A DNA stretch of 64,000 nt, from assembly GCA_964016885.1 (NCBI GenBank), contig OZ024743.1, positions 275,280,001-275,344,000 of the forward strand, written 5' to 3'. The stretch is from Eledone cirrhosa (taxonomy: Eukaryota). The notes beneath the pieces were generated by a model that was given only the letters and a program-made list of their open reading frames with translations, ran no database searches and had not been told where the DNA came from. This document shows, one piece after another, positions 45,170-58,741 of the stretch. The number at the start of each line of letters is the position of its first letter. The first letter of the stretch is position 1. Made by a program: the position numbers and the translations under genes.

Positions 45170-48100
45170 GGTTTAGCTCTCTGGCTTCAAACCGAAGTTC
45201 CTGATTAATAGAGAATACCAACAACAAAAACAAGAAACATAATAAAAGTAACAACCATAATGGTAGAAATAACAGTAACAACAACAATAACGGTGGAGAA
45301 AACAACAAGAATACATCTAACAATCACAGCAACAATACATCTAGCAATCATAACAATAATAATAATGCTCATGATAGGAACAACAACAACCACCATAATA
45401 ACAATAATAGCAACACACACAACTATTACGATAGATATAATGACAACCCCTTAGAGAAACTATTCTTCAACCCAGCTGACAAAACATATAAGATGGGTAA
45501 TATCTATCCTACGATACCACAACAAATAGATGACGAGACAGAGGCACAGTTCACCATAGCTAGTAATAAGATTAGACAAATATTAGACCGGTATACTAAG
45601 AGACAGAGCAGACCAGAGGTCCAACAACTTGAGAGGAAACCTGTAAAAGGCTTGGTTAGCCTCAAGCAGCGCACAAGGGATGGTGAGGTAGTATGTCTAC
45701 CCACGGATAAGTCTGGTAGGATGTCAATAGACAGCATGCCGAACTACATCAAGGCTATGCAACCCCACATCACCAACACGAGCGAAATTGCACAGCAAAT
45801 ACATGATGGGAGAGAGAAAATCCTCAACGCTCACATGATGATGTGGACCGACATCCTAAAGCCAAGCAGACGCACTGCCAACAATTTCCAGGCGTCTAGC
45901 AATGGCATACCACCCTTGTATGGGCTCCGCAAAGACCACAAGACAGTCGACGACCCGACAACAGGACCACCAACAAGACCTGTATGCGGAGCAAATATAG
46001 CTAGCAACTACAGGATCTCCTACTTCCTCTCAATGGTTATACGCCCCATAATCAAGATGTCCCCAGATGCATGTGACAGTACAGAGGACCTCCTCAGCAG
46101 AATCAGTGAGTGAAACAAAAACAGGAACCTATCCAACTGCATAATAGGCAGTATGGATGTGGCATCACTGTACCCATCCATTAACATTGATTTTGCTGTG
46201 GGAAAATGTGTGGAGATGATCATTGATAGTGAGGTGGAGTTCTGCGACGTCGACACAGGCGAACTGGGCCTCCTACTTAGACTTACCTACGACACTGACT
46301 ACCTAGACAGCCATGACCTTAGACGTTTCTGCCCCAGTAGACCCATAAGAGGTAGAACCCCCACCATAACCTCAATGGCAAAAAAGACTCCCATGGGGAG
46401 ATGGATTGGGTGGACCAAAGCTATACGGACCCCCCAAAACAATGATCAGGTAAGAAAAATGGTCGCACATGCAATAGGGGCTAGTATCAAAACTACCCTA
46501 AAGGGCCACATATTCAAGTTCAACGAGAAGATCTACACCCAAAATGAGGGAGCAGCCATTGGCGTCAGCATAGCTGGTGACGTTGCCAACCTTTTTATGG
46601 TATGGTGGGAAAGGAGACTCAAAGATCTCCTTGATGAGAGCTCCATAGACCTCATCATGTACTCTCGTTACGTAGACGACATCAATATAGTAATAAGGAC
46701 ATCCCCACAAGAGAGCACTAACAAGTTTGATTTAGAACGTAGCACAATGGAAAGCATCCAGCAGATAGCTAATTCCATACACCAGAGTATAACTGTAACT
46801 ATCGACTACCATTCCAAACACCCTAACAATAGACTACCTGTATTACACACGGAACTCTGGATTAACATTATAGACGAGAGAGACCAAATTCTCCACTCAC
46901 ACTATGCTAAACCCATGGCCTCCAAATACCTGATATTCAAAAACTCAGCAATGTCCAGTAGTGCTAAGTTTAATATTCTGATCGCAGACTTGGTACGAGT
47001 GATGAAGAACGTGTCCCGCATGTGCGACCCAACAGAAATGGAAAGACACATCCAACACTTCATCAACCGCATGCAGTTCTCTGGCAACAACCAATGAGAC
47101 AGAATCAGAGTATACGAAGTAGCCACGGAGAAGTATAAGACCCTCATAGAACTGGACATGAAAGGAATTTGCCCATTATACAGGAGCAAATCATGGAATA
47201 GCTTAGATAGGATTAGACATAAGATAGGGAAAGCCACCTCATGGTACGACAACCAGAGATACCAGAGTGTCATGTTTGTGGACGCTACCCCTGGAGGGAC
47301 ATTAGCTAACCAGTGTAGAAAGGCCCTGAGAAAGACCTACTTAAAGATTAAGGTGGTAGAAAAGCCAGAACCCATCATAAATCACTGATCAGCAAAACCT
47401 ACCCTTTTAAGAAAACCCACTGTACTAATAGGAAATGTTAAAGTAAACCCCCGGATAAACTGTAAAACTAGAAACGTAGTCTATAGCATAAGATGTACAG
47501 GTGGTACTTGCAGAAACATGACAACAACATACATAGGCGAGACAGCTCGTAGCATAGGTGAAAGGATAGACAACACTGGGGGGAACTAAAAGAACGAAAA
47601 AGGTTCAGTACTATACGAACATGCCAGACAACAACACGACGGTAACATAGACAACATAGAAATTAGAATAATATCTAAACATAGAAATGACCCAGCAGAT
47701 AGGCAAATTAGAGAGGCCAGCGAAATAGAACTTAGAAGGCCAAGGCTAAACAGAAAAAATGAATGGAATAACAACAGCACCCAAACAAACTAAGAGCAGT
47801 ATAAATAAATAAATACATACACAAGCATAATAACAACAAACACATATAAACACACACTAGTAAACTAAGATAGAATACAATAACCAATACACAGTCACCC
47901 AAACACGAACACACATCAAACAAAACACTATACACACACGCAAACGCATGCGCAGAGAAGACAAAAAATAAATAAATAAATAAACAGACTAAATAAAGAT
48001 GGCGTAGGCATACAATACAACGGTAGGAAACATAATAGCACCACTGACGATGTTGCAGATGTGCAACGAAAGAACTTTGTTAGACTATATATATTTGTTT

Positions 48101-48232
48101 GTGTCTATATTTTTTACCCTTGGTCAATCAATGGTAACATTGAGGACCGAATAAATTAAATTAACCGATATAAAGGACGCAGAAGCGAAAACCAACCAAA
48201 CAGTGAGTGTGTTCTGTTATTAATTCTGGCAA
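45170..48232 (+). mobile_element. Penelope-like retroelement (RT + C-terminal GIY-YIG; possibly Nematis clade), decayed
   Basis: PTDKSG, PPLYGLRKDHK, PPTRPVCG, SMDVASLYPSI, YSRYVDD; then CKTRNVVYSIRC..YIGETARS..YEHARQQH..RQIREA..LNRKNEW; two in-frame TGA plus frameshifts; HHR-like motif in the 3' pLTR at 48040-48081. Confidence 0.92.
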
Positions 48233-48250
48233 TACATAGATACAACTCAA

Positions 48251-48341
<91 letters not shown>

Positions 48342-48452
48342 TAGAAGCTACGGTTTTATTTCGCTGTCATTTCTAGCAAAACAGGTTACCACAACATAGC
48401 TCTTTGCGCCATGTACGACAGACAAATCGATAAAGGACCAGCCGCAGGCCCT

Positions 48453-51400
48453 CTAAAAGACGCACTCGGCGTTGCTCTGGAATGAAAGTGTTCCTTATAT
48501 ATTAGAAGAAGGAAGCAAAGCATGTTGTATAGAAATTTGTTATTCTAAATTCCATTTATTCTTCAGTTGAGCCACATGACGAAATCAATTCTGATTTCAT
48601 AATACAGAAATTAATAAAAAATGAAAATACAAAATGTATCTCTGTTATGAGAGGAGATAAATTCTATCACGTGTGTTGAAGGAAATTATTTAAGAGCTTC
48701 TGGTTCAACAACATTCTTTGTTTTCTGGTTCAGAGCATAGACAAATAAGTCTTGTAAACTACCCACCCTGAAGCAACAAGCGTAAAGTTTACTATGAGAA
48801 AAGAAAAACTGATTTAAGTGCAAGCCAGTAGATTTCAAAGTCTGACCCCAGCTTTACTGATAGACATTGCGAAGCAAATTCTCACTGGGAATTGTATTTC
48901 AAATGGCATGTCCGTTGGTTTGATTGGAATTCTTGTAAGGGAAATATCTTCCCCAGAGGCACACCCAGTGATGATGGTAGCTTCAATCACATTAGGTGAT
49001 AATATCTTCACAATCAACCTTGTCCTATTGCATAATTTAGGAGGATCTAAATTTCTTAGAAGCATTATTGGGACTCCTACCTTCAGAAAAGGTTTATGTG
49101 GAGGAGTTCCAGGTGGCTCAAGAGAATTGAGGAACTCTGTTGAGTAGTGGACAGTTTGGTTTTTATCAAGGACTGAATCAACTGATTTGTACTCCTTAAT
49201 TACTGTTGGAATCTTATTCATTAGCTCATGGTTAATCCTTGCTACTATCTCATCTTTTTAGCAAGAATTGCCCTTTCACACAATCATTTTTATGAATTAT
49301 AATTATTACTTAAGTCTGGAAATACCCTGCTCTTCAATTCAGCTGACGAATCTGCCATGATAGCAATATGAGCCAAGTTGATATAACCATACCCATCAAT
49401 TGGTACTGCCCCATTTTCTAATTGATGGTGTCGGGTTGAGAACTGTTAGTATTGAAGGAGAAATTCCGTACTTTATTCCATAGCTGCAAAGACTTAATGC
49501 ATGCTTTTATTTATCAGCTCTTGTTCTTCTTGGAATGACTGATAATTTCTGCCTGAAGTCTCCTGATAAACCTAATGTAACTCCTCCCATAGATGTATTG
49601 TTGTCTCTTATGTCCTGTAACGTCTTATCAAGAGCTTCCATTGTTCCTCTATGTGACATGTTGCATACATCTCAAATGATCAGGTGGCATTGGCGCAACA
49701 CTTCTGCTAAACCTGAGCTTTTGCTTATGTTAGAAATTGGACTGTCATTTGTGACCAGGTTTAGCGGTAATTTAAAAGCAGAATGAGCTCTTCGTCCTCC
49801 TGGGAGAAGGTTGGCAGCAATGCCAGACGACGCTACAGCAAATGCAATTCTTTTTTGCCGCCTTACCTTCGAGGGAAGGAATGTTGTTACAAATACTTTA
49901 CCTCTGCCACCTGGAGCATAAAAAAAAAGTCCTCTTGAATGACGAAATGATTCCATAATATGCCCAGCGTTGTTCTGGAAAACATTTAGGCTCATATTCA
50001 TTCACAAATGCAGACAACTTTATCTCTCTTGCAAACTCTCTTTAAGTTAAATCACTTTGATTTTGGCCGTCCGAAACCTGACATTTGCCAATTCTTGCCT
50101 CCCATGACCAAAATTGATCCTCAATTTCAATCAATGCTCCATTGAAAATTTCTTCACAGAACTGAATATTGATTCCTGGGTTTGCATGTTGAACTGCATA
50201 CTTTAAGTCCCCAGCCATATCGTCTTGATGTTTCATCCAAAGTTATCGGGGACTGCCAAGTTGACACATGTTCAGCATAATGGCAAAAAGGTTATGGAGT
50301 TTCCTTGGAGAATATGACACTGATGCTTCAGTCAATGCAAGGTCCCAATGCTCATCAGTTTCTAAAAGAACCTTGTTGATAGCATGCTACTCTATAAGTT
50401 TCACACACATGACCATTTACCCTCCTCAAATCTTGGAATGATTTGGAACCACGTACTTCATGCAATATGATCAGTTGAATGATGGCCGGGTGCCTCTCAT
50501 GAATGGGAAAATTGAAGATGCGCCAAAACGCCTCATTGCCACTGATGTATCTTCCTCTCTCATACTGTACAACTTCGTCATTTTTGTTTATCTGCTGACT
50601 GACATTCTGCAAAAGAGTTTATGTTGCAGCATCTAAACTTTTGTATTCGTATTTGCAAACATACTTAATAGATTTAACAGAGTTGCAGAAATCAACATTG
50701 ATATGGGCTTTGAAAGTTTTTGTAAGATGACAGTAGGGTACAATCCACCGATTGTCAATGATGAATTACTGCCCATTTCTCTCTCTTTTTTTCCGAATTG
50801 AATCCACCCTGCCCAGGTTTTCTTCTCCTATAAATGGAGTAACCAACTTCTTCGGTTTTGGTTTATTGTATAGGGGGGCGGGCGTAATTCTTGATGCACT
50901 TTTTAGCCCTCATGCATGGAGAGGGTGGATTAATTGAACCACAGTGCCCATGAATCATCTATGACTTAACAAGTTCATGCAGCAAAGGATATTATGTAGC
51001 CAAATCAAAATGTGGGCATGCGGCCACCCTCGTTTTTGTCATTCAATTGTGTCACATTAGACTGATCCAAAGACTTCGCATTTTTTAGGAAATCCATCAG
51101 CTTTATGGCTATAAGTCTGAACACCCTAGCAATAATATCATGGCGATTTGGGGGTTCTTGATGATAATAAAGTTTACTGTTTATTTCATGTCATGTTGGA
51201 TTATATGTGAATGTAACGAAAAGGTCTGGACGACCATGGTGTTTGACATATGTAAGTGAATCTTGGGTACACTCATGCATATACCATGGACTTCCTGTAA
51301 AGCTTGATGGAAGAATAACACAAAGCTGTCCAATGTTATCAGCAGCCAATCCTCCTTCATTACTGATTGAATCTCTCAGGTGAATGTAGTCTGATGCACG

Positions 51401-52521
51401 GAGATCTTTCTGGTGTGTTCTAATGTAAAGAAACCTTTCTCCTTCAATTTTTGCATACATATCAACTGCTGGAAGAACTCACGTAAACGATGAAGAATAT
51501 TGAAGTCTTGCTCTTCGTCAAACATTTAGAAGTATAAATTCGCATTCGTTTGTTTGGGAATTACGAATTAATTTTTCATGAGAGAGAGAAAGAGTGAGTG
51601 AGTGAGAGAAGTAGCTCACTTTCTCTTTTTCTGCCATTACTTAATCTCCTCCCTCTCACTTCCATGATCATTGCTACAATAGCAAAGCGTTGTCTCTCTT
51701 ACACACACACATTCTCTCTCACGCTCTGTAACTCTTCCTCTCTTTTAGTCTCTACGTCTGTTTCTTTCGCTCTCTCCCTTTCTAATTCAATCACGCACTC
51801 TTTCCTACTATTTACATTTCTCTCTCTATCGAAAAGCTTCAAAGAGACGGCGAAGTTGTAATGAAAAAGGAGGGGGTGGAGGATGAGTAAACAGCCACTT
51901 TCTCACTTTGCCTTTCTCTCTTTTTCTCCCCTCTTATTGGCATTGTACAACAGACATATAAATACACAGATATCCGCAAATCTTTCTACGCACATAAAAT
52001 GTGTGTATGTGTCCGTGCGTACACATGTTTGCTTATGTATATAAACAAACTCATCGCTGGGAGAATGAGTATATATATATATAATTAAATATTCTTACAT
52101 ATGCAAACATATTGAATATATTAGTTACATTTCAATCGTTAAATACACCAGAATTAATATCGGTTATTATATATGTGTGTATAAATATAAACCCACAAAC
52201 ACCCATAAACTCACACAAATACACACATATAGACATTCACTCACACAAATACACACATACATTCACACAAACACACATATACTCACGCAGAGCGTGGAAA
52301 AGTTTGGAAGTCTGTTTGGCTGTTCTTGCCGTAGTTTTTTCCCCATCCCCCTTCTACACACACATACACACATACACACATACACACATATACTCACACA
52401 GAGCTTTGAGCAAAAGTTGAAACGCTGTTTGATTATTTTTTTAGACCGTAGAATTTTCACACACCACCACCCCACCACCCTTCCGTGTGGACTGACATGA
52501 TTCAACTTTTATTTATATAGA
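48453..52521 (-). mobile_element. decayed autonomous Helitron (Rep + PIF1-type helicase)
   Basis: 5' A|TCTATATAAATAAA at 52521; LPSSFTGSP, GRPDLFVTFT, QKRGWPHAHIL (HUH), APGGRGK, VASSGIAANLLPGGRRAHSAFKLP, IMLLRNL, QFPVRICFAMSI; 3' hairpin near 48463-48480. Confidence 0.92.
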
Positions 52522-53039
52522 TATGCTCTGTGATGTTGTAAAACTACTATGACAGGAAATTTACAAATTGGATTAAACTCTGAACTGTCTTTTGCCAATC
52601 TTTCTGTAGACAATAAATTCACATTCGAGCTTTGAATATCTCTCTGCTTTATATAGTTGTATTATAAACTCATATTATATCATCATCATCACCGTTTTAC
52701 GTCCATTCTTCCACGCTAACATGGGTTAGACGAGTTGTCCTGTTGTGGGCAATGCCAGGTCAGCTGACCATCTCTTGCTCATACAGAATTGAATCTGGCT
52801 TAATTTCTGCAGCTGGTTACTCTTCCTAACACCAACCTCATTTACAGTGAGTACTGGGTGCTTTTTACCATGGCGCCTACACAACCACTTTACAGTGTGG
52901 GCTGAGTGCTTTTTTGTTGTGACACCTACTCGAACATGAAACTAATACACTTCATGTTATTGCATTCTCTTGTTTGTTCATTTCTTGTTTCCTTGATATA
53001 TATATATATGTGTGATTAAATTAGCAAGGGAGGAGGATG

Positions 53040-53590
53040 CTCTGAGGCCATAATATCTAGAACACGGACAGGATGGAAGATGTTTAGGGAGCTGCTTCCC
53101 CTGTTGACAACGAAGAGTTTCTCCCTACGAACGAAAGGTCAGTTGTATGATGCCTGTGTGAGATGCGCAATGCTGCATGATAGTGAGACATGGGCAGCAA
53201 CTGAGGCAGATATGCAAAGGCTGGAGAAAAATGAAGCAAGTATGCTCTGATGGATGTGCAATATCTATGTGCGTGAACAACCAAGTATGGACAAGTTAAG
53301 AGTGAAACTGTGTATAAGAGAAATAAACTGTAGTGTGCAGGAGAGAAGACTACGTTGGTATGGCTATGTGATGTGCATGGAAGACAACCGCTGGTTGAAG
53401 AAGTGCCAAGTAATCCCAGTGGAAGGAAGATGCAGTAGAAGACTATGACAAACATGGGCGGAGGTGGTAAGAGCTGACTTCAGATCGCTGAAGCTCAGAG
53501 GAGATAACAAAGGACTGTGACAAATGGAGAGATGCTGTGCTGAAGAGGACCCGTCCCACCATTGAAAGCAAGGAAAAGTGAACGTAAAAT
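53040..53590 (+). mobile_element. RTE-clade LINE 3' fragment
   Basis: SETWAATEADMQRLEKNE and VQERRLRWYGYVM; shorter piece at 60090-60290 (GRGRPKKTW). Confidence 0.8.
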
Positions 53591-53611
53591 GATAATGATA
53601 ATGATATATAT

Positions 53612-53995
53612 GGAGGCACATGGTTTAGTGGTTAGAGCATTGGGCTTGCAATCGAAAGGTTGTGAGTTCAATTCTCAGACCGGGTGATGTGTTGTTTCCT
53701 TGAGCAAGACACTTTATTTCACATTGCTCCAGTTTATTCAGCTGTAGAAATGAGATGATAGGACTGGGGTCCCTATCATTCCACTACAAAGTGGTCGTGG
53801 AGGTGCCAAGGCAAAAATGCACCCAGCCTACACTGTAAAGTGGACGTGTCGGCGCCACGGAAAAAAGCACCCAGCACTCACTGTAAATGAGGTTGGTGTT
53901 AGGAAGGGCATCCAGCTGTAGAAATCAAGCCAGAATCAGTTCCCGTCCCACCCTTGCAAGCAGGAAAAAACAGACGTAAAAGGATGATGATGATG
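53612..53995 (+). mobile_element. tRNA-headed SINE plus RTE-tail-like repeat
   Basis: TGGTTTAGTGGTTAGAGC, GAGTTCAATTCTC, CCTTGAGCAAGACACTT, GGTTGGTGTTAGGAAGGGCATCCAGC; (GAT)n tail; relatives near 5960, 17990, 27095, 30315, 52680 and 58900. Confidence 0.7.
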
Positions 53996-54404
53996 ATATA
54001 TATATATGTATGAATGAAGTAATTCCGTCGGAAAGGTCCAGGAAAAAAGAGTGCTCTATGTAGGTCACAGAGCTTAATAGTTACGTAATAAACAACATAA
54101 GATAATTATTTCATTTACCAGTGGTTTCTTGAAAGCAAACAAAATTTGCTTTCAGTCATCAGAATGAAAAAACCCTGGTGTATTTATTGACAGTGGATTT
54201 TAAAAACAAAAATATAATCTATATGAAAGTGAGGCTGGAAAAGGAAGAAGGAAAGGAAAAAGAATAAATATAAAAGTAGATAATCACACATGCACACACA
54301 CACGCGCGCGCGGGGGCACACTTATACATACACACATATATACATTTCTCTCTCTCTATATATATATATATATATACGTACACACATATATACACATACA
54401 CACA

Positions 54405-54444
<40 letters not shown>

Positions 54445-54920
54445 CATATATACATATCCATACATACACATACACACAAACACACACACATGTATATATA
54501 TATATATATATACACACACACATAATCATACATATATACACACGTACATACAAACACATACATACACACATATATACACGCATACATACGCACACACATA
54601 TATAGGTATATGTACATACGCACACACACAATTAATTATAAGAAAAAATAATAATAAAAAATAAAAATAAAAAAACAATGGACAACCATATAATGCAATT
54701 GACCGTCACATAAAAATTAAAATAACTATTACATAACTATTAAACTCTGTAACCTACATAGAGCACTCTTTTTTCCTGGACCTTTCCGACGGAATTACTT
54801 CTTTATACAGCTCCAACCGGGATTGATTGAAGCATATTCTATATTACATATATGATTGGCACTTTCCAGCCCGATTAGTTGAGCACTCTACAGTTTTCAG
54901 GAATTTAACCAACATACACC

Positions 54921-56275
54921 ATGGACCTTTATGAATTGGATTATTCAATCAAAAATATACCTACTCCTTCCAACACAACTTATACCAAACTGCTTATAGA
55001 TAAAATCGAACATGTCGTTAAAAGAATGAGATGGAAGGCAATGGTTTGCGATGGACTATTCAGTGCTGATACAAATGATTGTTTTGACATAAAATCCCGT
55101 AAATACCCACCTAGAATTAAAGACATGGCCAACTTCGAATTAGACCTTGTTAATTTAATTAGTGATATCAAATTTCGTAAGTACAATAATAATTTTCAAA
55201 TTAAACTTTCTAACAATATTTCTAATTTTAAAAATTCTACAAACACCTTTGTTCTTTCTGATAAAACTAAAAATCTCTTTGAAGTTAATAGTATTTTGTA
55301 TAACCAACTTTTAACTAATAGTATCACCAACAAATATCAATTAATTAATAATAACACCTACAATACTATTAATAAAGAAGCTAAAGAACTAGCTAGTTCT
55401 TTAAAAATAGACAACCAGATTGAAAGCCTAGCTAAACGTAAAGCATATATTACCCTTAAAGACCATAAATTAGACTTTACTAATCGACCTAGCTGTAGAC
55501 TGATTAACCCGGCTAAATCCGAAGTTGGCCTTGCGAGTAAAAAAATCTTAAGAAAAATAATTTTCCAAATTAGAACTAAGACTGACTTATCACAATGGTT
55601 AAATACATCCTCTGTTATTTCTTGGTTTAATAATATACAAGGTAAAAATAAGTGTAGATTTACCCAATTTGATATTGTTGATTTTTACCCCTCTATTACT
55701 GTTTCCTTATTAACTAAAGCCTTAGATTTTGCAAGATCCTTCATTAATATTTCAAAATTAGAAGAAGACATTATCTTTCATGCTAGGAAAACTCTACTCT
55801 TTACTAATGAAAGTATTTGGGTTAAAAAGTCAAACCCTGAAAACTCTTTTGATGTTGCAATGGGTTCATATGACAGTGTGGATGTGTGACTTAGTAGGAT
55901 TATTCCTTCTCCACACCCTTAAAGAGAAATTTCCTTCCCATAATATCGGTTTATACCGTGACGGCGGATTGGCAGTTTCTCATACCACCAACGGCCATAA
56001 CCTTGATAAATTCCGTAAAGATTTAATCAATACTTTTTTTCTAATCTAAACCTTAAAATTACTATAGATACGAACCTTACCAATGCTAACTTTCTTGACA
56101 TTAATCTTGATCTACTTACTGCCTCTTTTAAACCTTATCATAAACCTAACGAAAATCTTAGGTATATACACAAAGAGTTTTGCCATCCCCCTATAGTTTA
56201 AAAAAATCTTATTCCCAATATTAGCCGTAGGATTTCTACCTTATCTTCGTCTCTAGACATTTTTAACAAAGCTAA
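54921..56275 (+). pseudogene. PLE reverse transcriptase, frameshifted and truncated
   Basis: YSIKNIP, RMRWKA, ITLKDHK, CRLINPAKS, QFDIVDFYPSI, FDVAMGSYD; the catalytic YRDDGL reads YRDGGL. Confidence 0.88.
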
Positions 56276-56597
56276 TACGGGACGTTTGTTTACAAACACA
56301 CCGAGCATTATAATAAATGTTCGGTGAATCCATACGTACATATATATATGTGTGCATGTATGTATATAAATATACATACTACTGTACGTCTGTATACATA
56401 TATGTAGGTACGTTTACATACTTATATTTAAGTAACAGCCGTACTAAGAGTGGGAAATGAAATTTCGTTTCATTTTTTCTGTTTATCGTTTTCGGTGCAC
56501 CCGGCCGATTAACCCACTCGATATGCAAATTGGGCTACTCAGCCGTTAATATGCATAAGGTAAGTATATACGTTCAACAATCTGGCAGGAAGGTATA

Positions 56598-56638
56598 CGT
56601 TGCTGACGATAGCTAATAAGCTTGAAACTAGTACAGCG
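56598..56638 (+). ncRNA. minimal type I hammerhead ribozyme within a 420-bp-period element (56274-56830)
   Basis: CGTTG-CTGACGA-TAGCT-AATA-AGCTT-GAA-ACTAGT-A^CAGCG; flanked by ~135-bp direct repeats at 56274 and 56694. Confidence 0.75.
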
Positions 56639-56820
56639 TTCCTTTGTCAGTGTTGAACAAACGAGCAACGATGGTTGCTAGACACTACGGCTTAATACGG
56701 GATGTTTGTTTACAAACACACCGAGCATTATAATAAATGTTCAGTGAATCCATACGTACATATATATATGTGTGCATGTATGTATATATATATATACATA
56801 CTACTGTACGTCTGTATACA

Positions 56821-56929
<109 letters not shown>

Positions 56930-57406
56930 ATATATATATGTATGTATATATATATGTATATGTGTGTGTATGTATATATTTATATGTATGTATGTGTAAG
57001 TGTGTGTATTGCTTACCACATGTTTGTTTATTTATTTGTGTCCTTTCCTGTATCGCTGTCAACTTTATAATAATTTTTATTTTTATTTTCTGAAGTCGTA
57101 TATATTTTGTTTTTTATGTGACGGCCTATTGCATTATATGGTTGTCCATTGTTTTTTATTTTTATTTTTTCTTATAATTAATTGTGTGTGTGCATATGTA
57201 GGTGTGTGTACATATATCTATATAAGTGTGTGCGCATGTATGCGTGTATATATTTGTGTATGTATGTGTGTGTATGTATGTGTATATATGTATGATTATG
57301 TGTGTATATATATATGTATACATGTGTGTGTATGTGTATGTATGGATATGTATATATATATATGTATGTATATATATATATGTGTGTATGTGTATATATG
57401 TGTGTA

Positions 57407-57437
<31 letters not shown>

Positions 57438-57583
57438 GTGTATGTATATGTGTGTGTGTGCATGTGTGTTTATCTACTTTTATATTTATTCTTTTTCCTT
57501 TCCTTCTTCCTTTTCCAGCCTCACTTTCACATAGATTATATTTTTGTTTTTAAAATCCACTGTCAATAAATACACCAGGATTT

Positions 57584-57644
57584 TTTCATTCTGATGACTG
57601 AAAACAAATTTTGTTTGCTTTCAAGAAACCACTGGTAAATGAAA
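57584..57644 (+). ncRNA. type I hammerhead ribozyme in PLE pLTR (mirror copy 54109-54169 minus)
   Basis: TTTCATT-CTGATGA-CTGAAA..TTTCAA-GAA-ACCA-C-TGGT-A^AATGAAA. Confidence 0.85.
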
Positions 57645-57669
57645 TAATTATCTTATGTTGTTTATTACA

Positions 57670-57706
<37 letters not shown>

Positions 57707-58339
57707 TGAGCAAGATTCGTATTTCGGCGGGTCAAAAATAAGCGAAACGCAATATCCGAGTTATGGTGGCAAACGCTCCATGGACCAAAAGAGACCAGAG
57801 CAATAAACATAGGTTATAAAGGCCATACAAACTGAGATGGCGGTTAAAAAGCTATCAACCACCTAAACCAAAAAGACGAGGTAAGCTAAACGGGTCAAAC
57901 AATATAAATGAAATATTCACCCAGACCCTTGGAAATGATGGTATAATCCAGTACAGGGTTTCTGCGACACCAAAATCAATTATACTGTCTGCTTAAAATA
58001 ATAAGCTTTTGGTATAATGATAGAACAAGGCTGTCACTTTGTCAACAGGTATTTTGTTCTGTGCCAGCGTTCAGAATCACACAGTGTTATGTAGTAGTAA
58101 AAGCACATGTGTAGCTCTATAAGGGAGAAAACCCTAGATTTTGGCAAATGAATTCAGTATGTGTAAATCAATGCAATAATTGCAAAAACAGCACAAATCG
58201 AATTAAGCTCTCGACCGGGTAGTTTTTAAAAGTAAACTTAAGCAATTAATCAGTCAATATAAAAAAAAAAAAAGGCAAAAATATTTTTCTTTTTTTTTAT
58301 TCCAGTCATTAGCTTGTGGCAATGCTGGGCCACCACTCT

Positions 58340-58684
58340 CTCTCTATCTCTGTATATATGTGTGTGTGTGTAAAAAGTAAACAAAAATAACAAAGCAAAC
58401 GACACAATACAATGAAGAAATTTAGTTTAATGCTTGAATAGAAAAAGAGTCTTAACTTTTTGGACACTAGTCCTTCATCAGAAGATAGAATGGGAAATAA
58501 AAGATGCAATAGGAAGATAGAGTGAAAAGAAGTAGGAAAGGAAAAAATTGAGAAAAAAGACACACGTGCATATTCAGTCAGCCATTTTGTAAATATATAT
58601 ATATGCGTGTGTGTAATAACGAAAATAAAACAAAAGTTGAAGATAGGTTCTTGAACTATCTTCAACTTTTGTTTTATTTTCGTT
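58340..58684 (-). mobile_element. old PLE-type cassette with degenerate HHR and terminal hairpin
   Basis: Minus strand reads TCTT-CTGATGA-A-GGAC-TAGT-GTCC-AAAAAGTT-AAGA (~58448-58484); 29-bp-arm hairpin at 58618-58684. Confidence 0.55.
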
Positions 58685-58692
58685 GTTCAATA

Positions 58693-58741
<49 letters not shown>

